Of a stretch of DNA of 25,937 nt, positions 22,500 through 25,937 are shown piece by piece; position 1 is the first letter of the stretch, and every line of letters starts with the position of its first letter. A program made the position numbers and the translations under genes. The notes beneath the pieces are model-generated. The model did no database searches, had not been told where the DNA came from, and saw nothing but the letters and a program-made list of their open reading frames with translations. This DNA comes from Octopus sinensis (lineage: Eukaryota). Where the stretch lies: positions 1 through 25,937 of the forward strand of contig NW_021835659.1 of the NCBI RefSeq assembly GCF_006345805.1, given 5' to 3'.

Positions 22500-23120
22500 A
22501 TTGGGCAATCAGAAGAAGTAAAAGAAAGATGAGAGTAGAGATTGGTATCGGTAAAGAATTCTTAACAAAACGTAAGTGATTGTGGTGTAGGCCCTGCTCA
22601 CGGTAACCTTCTGGATGAGAACAACTTCACTAGTACTAACCACGACTTCGGTAGTTCAAGCACCCGTCCATCTATAAGATTAGGTGTGTTTAGAAAATAA
22701 AGGCTGTAACAGTCCCGTGTGCAACAGCGTGAACCCGGAAATAAATTGTGTAATTGTAAATGTCCTTCCTGCTGTCTGTTAGAAAACAAGTGTCTAATGA
22801 ACAACATTGTTTATCAATGTGTTGTTACTACAAAGCAGGGTAGTAACTTTTACATAGGTGCTACTTGTAATGACTTCAAATGTAGAAACATAATCACAAC
22901 GTAAACACTAAATCTGAATCTAGGGTTACTGGCACGCCTTGACCTAAAATAATGTACAAATTAAAGGATTTCTGTTACTATAATATGAAATGGCCGATAG
23001 CTCAATGGGCAAAATTCTATTCTGGTTTTGCAAGTAGCCATTTTAAAATAAGGCGCCAATATATGGTAGCTGACAATATGACGTAATGTCGTATTGCCGA
23101 AGAAATATTATTATCGTTTT
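22500..23120 (+). mobile_element. Penelope-like element relic, GIY-YIG endonuclease region
   Basis: RRSKRK...IGKEFL (22547-22564), CNCKCPSCCLLENKCLMNNIVYQCVVTTKQGSNFYIGATCNDFK (ORF 22719-22904) and KLKD...YNMKWPI match the Penelope C-terminal region. Confidence 0.8.
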
Positions 23121-23909
23121 TCCATTGGTTAATATAACTGCTAATATAAGGATTCTAAAAGTTACTTAAAGAATATTTGTAAGGGATTTCGATTCTTTTA
23201 AGTCAAGTTGAGCAGTTATAAAAAACCTTGGATTTTGGGAAAAACTTTAGTGTTTGCTGGATGTAACTAAACTCCACGACTCTCACTCCTTTAAGACATT
23301 GGTGATTTTTCATGCCATGTCCAAGGAAAAATCCAACTGTGGCCATAGTAATAGGTGCTCGTCATATATTGCGTGGATTGTAACGGTGATGTATTGTAAG
23401 GACAACATTATTATAGATTTCTTGAAATATACATAAACACACATCAGTCTTTCAGTGATGAGTTGACTGGTATCTATTAAAAGACCTACTAAAATTACCG
23501 TGCTCCAGAATACGAACCACTCTTATTCTCTAATCGATTAAACCTATGATCGATCACATATCATCTCAGCCATCCGTGATGAGACCGCCTTGTTACAACT
23601 CTTCTTTTCGTGAAGCATAAACATTAACTGTGCACTTTGTTGTATAAAGATGAGTCATTATGTAAAATCCATAATGATAAAAACTTATAGTCGTAGAACG
23701 AAACAGCTCCAGATGTTGTTGCACCTGTTGTTTAGGTTTAGTAAATTACTGTTAGATATAATCAGCTTCAAAATACGATGATTAAATTAGAGTAAACATA
23801 CTTGATGTAGTGAGTGTCAAAAAGTTAAATTACTCATTCAACTGATATTATCTGTTCTTCACATTTCTTGCTAATGATTTAATGACATAGAATAATAATA
23901 ATAATAATA

Positions 23910-23956
<47 letters not shown>

Positions 23957-23974
23957 TAATAATAATAATAAGTC

Positions 23975-24386
23975 TCTTTTGCTCTTTAACTTCTTTCAGT
24001 CATTTGACTATAGTCATGCTGGAGCACCGCCTTTAGTCGAGCAAATCGACCCCAGGACTTATTCTTTGTAAGCCTAGTACTTATTCTATCGGTCTCTTTT
24101 GCTGAACCGCTAAGTTTCGGGGACGTAAACACACCAGCATCGGTTGTCAAGCAATGTTGGGGGGGGGGGACAAACACAGATACACAAACATATACACACA
24201 CATACATATATATACGCATATACGACGGGCTTCTTTCAGTTTCCGCCTACCAAATCTACTCACAAGGCTTTCGTCGGCTCGAGGTTATAGTAGAAGACAC
24301 TTGCCCAAGTTGCCACGCAGTGGGACTGTACCTGGAACCATGTGGCTGGTTATCAAGCTACTTACCACACAGCCACGCTTGCGCCT
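23975..24386 (-). mobile_element. SINE family C, full length
   Basis: Minus-strand head AGGCGCAAGCGTGGCTGTGTGGTAAG...GGTTCCAGGTACAGTCCC, internal CA/TA microsatellite, 3' end tcaaatgactgaaag with a short AAAGAG-like tail. Confidence 0.9.
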
Positions 24387-24482
24387 ATTAAGAAATTCTT
24401 AAAACTTGCAACACAACGAAGTCAACGGCCCGGAAGAAAATCACATTAAGAACAGAAAATTATAGAAATCTTGAATGTGCTT

Positions 24483-24720
24483 CAGGCGCGTGGCCTAGTG
24501 TTTATAGTTCTGCACACACGATGGCAAGATTGGGGTTTGTACTTCTAGAGCGGCAGCACATTCTGTTCATGAGCAAAACACTTCATATCACATTACTTAA
24601 GTCCATTCACAGTAATTAAGTAGTTTTGCGATGGACTGCGGTCCCGTTCAGAAGCTTTGTGATCTCGGTTACTTATACGCTATGAAAACCGGAAACTATA
24701 GGATCTCGAGTCCAACAACT
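24483..24720 (+). mobile_element. SINE family D, degraded
   Basis: ggcgcgtggcctagtgttta (A-box-like), tgagcaaaacacttca centre, gcgatggactgcggtcccgttcag downstream. Confidence 0.65.
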
Positions 24721-25098
24721 TGAGGCAACAATGTCCAGGGGTATCTTACTACTACTGAAAGATGTTTTGTGTTCGCATGGGCAAAATTATGGACAAAATT
24801 CAACTATTAGGCAATGCTATTATCTCTACTAGACATTGAATTATGGCGTGTGAGTGGTGGTGGAGCTGTATCGTAAAAAATCTTTGAGTTTTGGTCTCCT
24901 TAATATCTTTTTAGTTTTTTGTACCTGATTATGAAGATTGTGTAAAACCTCATGTGTGTCGTAAAAATGATGTTTTGTCTATGTGGAAAATATGGTGCAC
25001 ATATCGTAGCTGCAGCACGGGGTTTATAACCGCTTATTCTAAATCATTCTATCGTAGCTGTATTTACAAACATTGTAGTGTCCATATTATTTGCAGTA

Positions 25099-25292
25099 GA
25101 TCGTTAACTTGCCAGACATGCTTAACGGCATTTCGTCTGTCTTTATATTCTATGTTGAAATTCCATCGAGGTTGACTTTGCCTTTCATCTTTTCGGGATC
25201 GATAACATACGTACCAGGCCAGTAGTGGCGTTGATGTAATCGACTTCCTCTTCCTCTCAAAACCTGCCGGACCTGTGCCCAAATTTGAAACG
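25099..25292 (+). mobile_element. SINE family B, old copy
   Basis: gcttaacggcatttcgtctgtc...gaaattccatcgaggttgactttgcctttcatc...gatgtaatcgactt. Confidence 0.8.
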
Positions 25293-25298
25293 GTTATT

Positions 25299-25513
25299 AG
25301 CGGGAGATTGGCAGAATGGTTAGAGCGTCAGGAAAATACCGTGCGACATTTGTTCTGAATCTTTATGCCCTGAGATCTATTTTCACTGGGGTCAACTTTA
25401 TCATTCATCTCCATGAAGTCGGTGAAATACAGTACGAGCTAAATACTGAGGTCGAAGGTATCGGCTAAATCTCTCCACTTGGGTCTGCTGGCCTTGTGCT
25501 TAAATTAGAAACC
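25299..25513 (+). mobile_element. SINE family B, highly diverged tandem copy
   Basis: ggcagaatggttag A box, ggggtcaacttta.cattcatc, ctggccttgtgcttaaattagaaac 3' end. Confidence 0.65.
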
Positions 25514-25937
25514 ATATCACTGGCCACATTCTTCATGTTTTTGCGCTTTCATGCGAAACACATGTTTAATGGCGATTAATGGAGTTTCAGTAGCAGACGC
25601 GGAAAAAAGATACAAAAGACAGAAATCTACCTGTCTACGGTCAGTGACTGCAGCATTGTGTTGGTCACTCATCTCACACCATAATGATTCTTTTAGCTAT
25701 CATAGTTGCAGTAGAAGATGGCACAGTTGAAGGCGGGGAGAAACGTGTCAATGATAGAAGCATGCTGAAGTTTTACGTCGTTCAAAATTTTAACTTTAAT
25801 TTCGATTGAATTTTATATTTCTTTTTATAGGTATCTTCTGAAACAAGTTTCGCATGTTTACGTTTAAGAACGAAAGGAGCTAGAAATATTAGTCTAAAAA
25901 AACAGAGCAGTAATTACTACAACAATTGGACATAGAG

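Noticed and set aside
25801-25937. Polypyrimidine tract plus AG acceptor at 25829-25830
   Set aside because: Two following frames close within the window and no translation resembles a known protein; unsupported without downstream sequence.

Overview
AT-rich animal DNA made almost entirely of microsatellites and decayed transposable elements. I could not support any host protein-coding exon, tRNA, rRNA or CRISPR array, and nearly all long ORFs in the supplied track are simple-repeat artefacts. The SINE set and repeat landscape look like an octopus (coleoid cephalopod) genome; this is recognition from memory, not a database search. Contents: four tRNA-type SINE families (working labels A-D, about 20 copies); five protein-recognisable R4/Dong-type LINE pieces plus one short R4/Dong 3' end; two Penelope-like (GIY-YIG) relics; a deleted mariner; a hAT/Charlie MITE; a Tc1/mariner MITE; and a Helentron-like non-autonomous element. 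Best leads: (1) a minimal type I hammerhead ribozyme motif with a U3-A8 covariant core at 1291-1331; (2) a repeated tail-to-tail layout in which SINE (ATT)n tails host antisense R4/Dong 3' ends; (3) a SINE dimer junction shared by two loci; (4) junction signatures of retrotransposition (fold-back, stutter, template switch). All translations and alignments were done by eye; element ends are approximate unless TIRs or TSDs are given.
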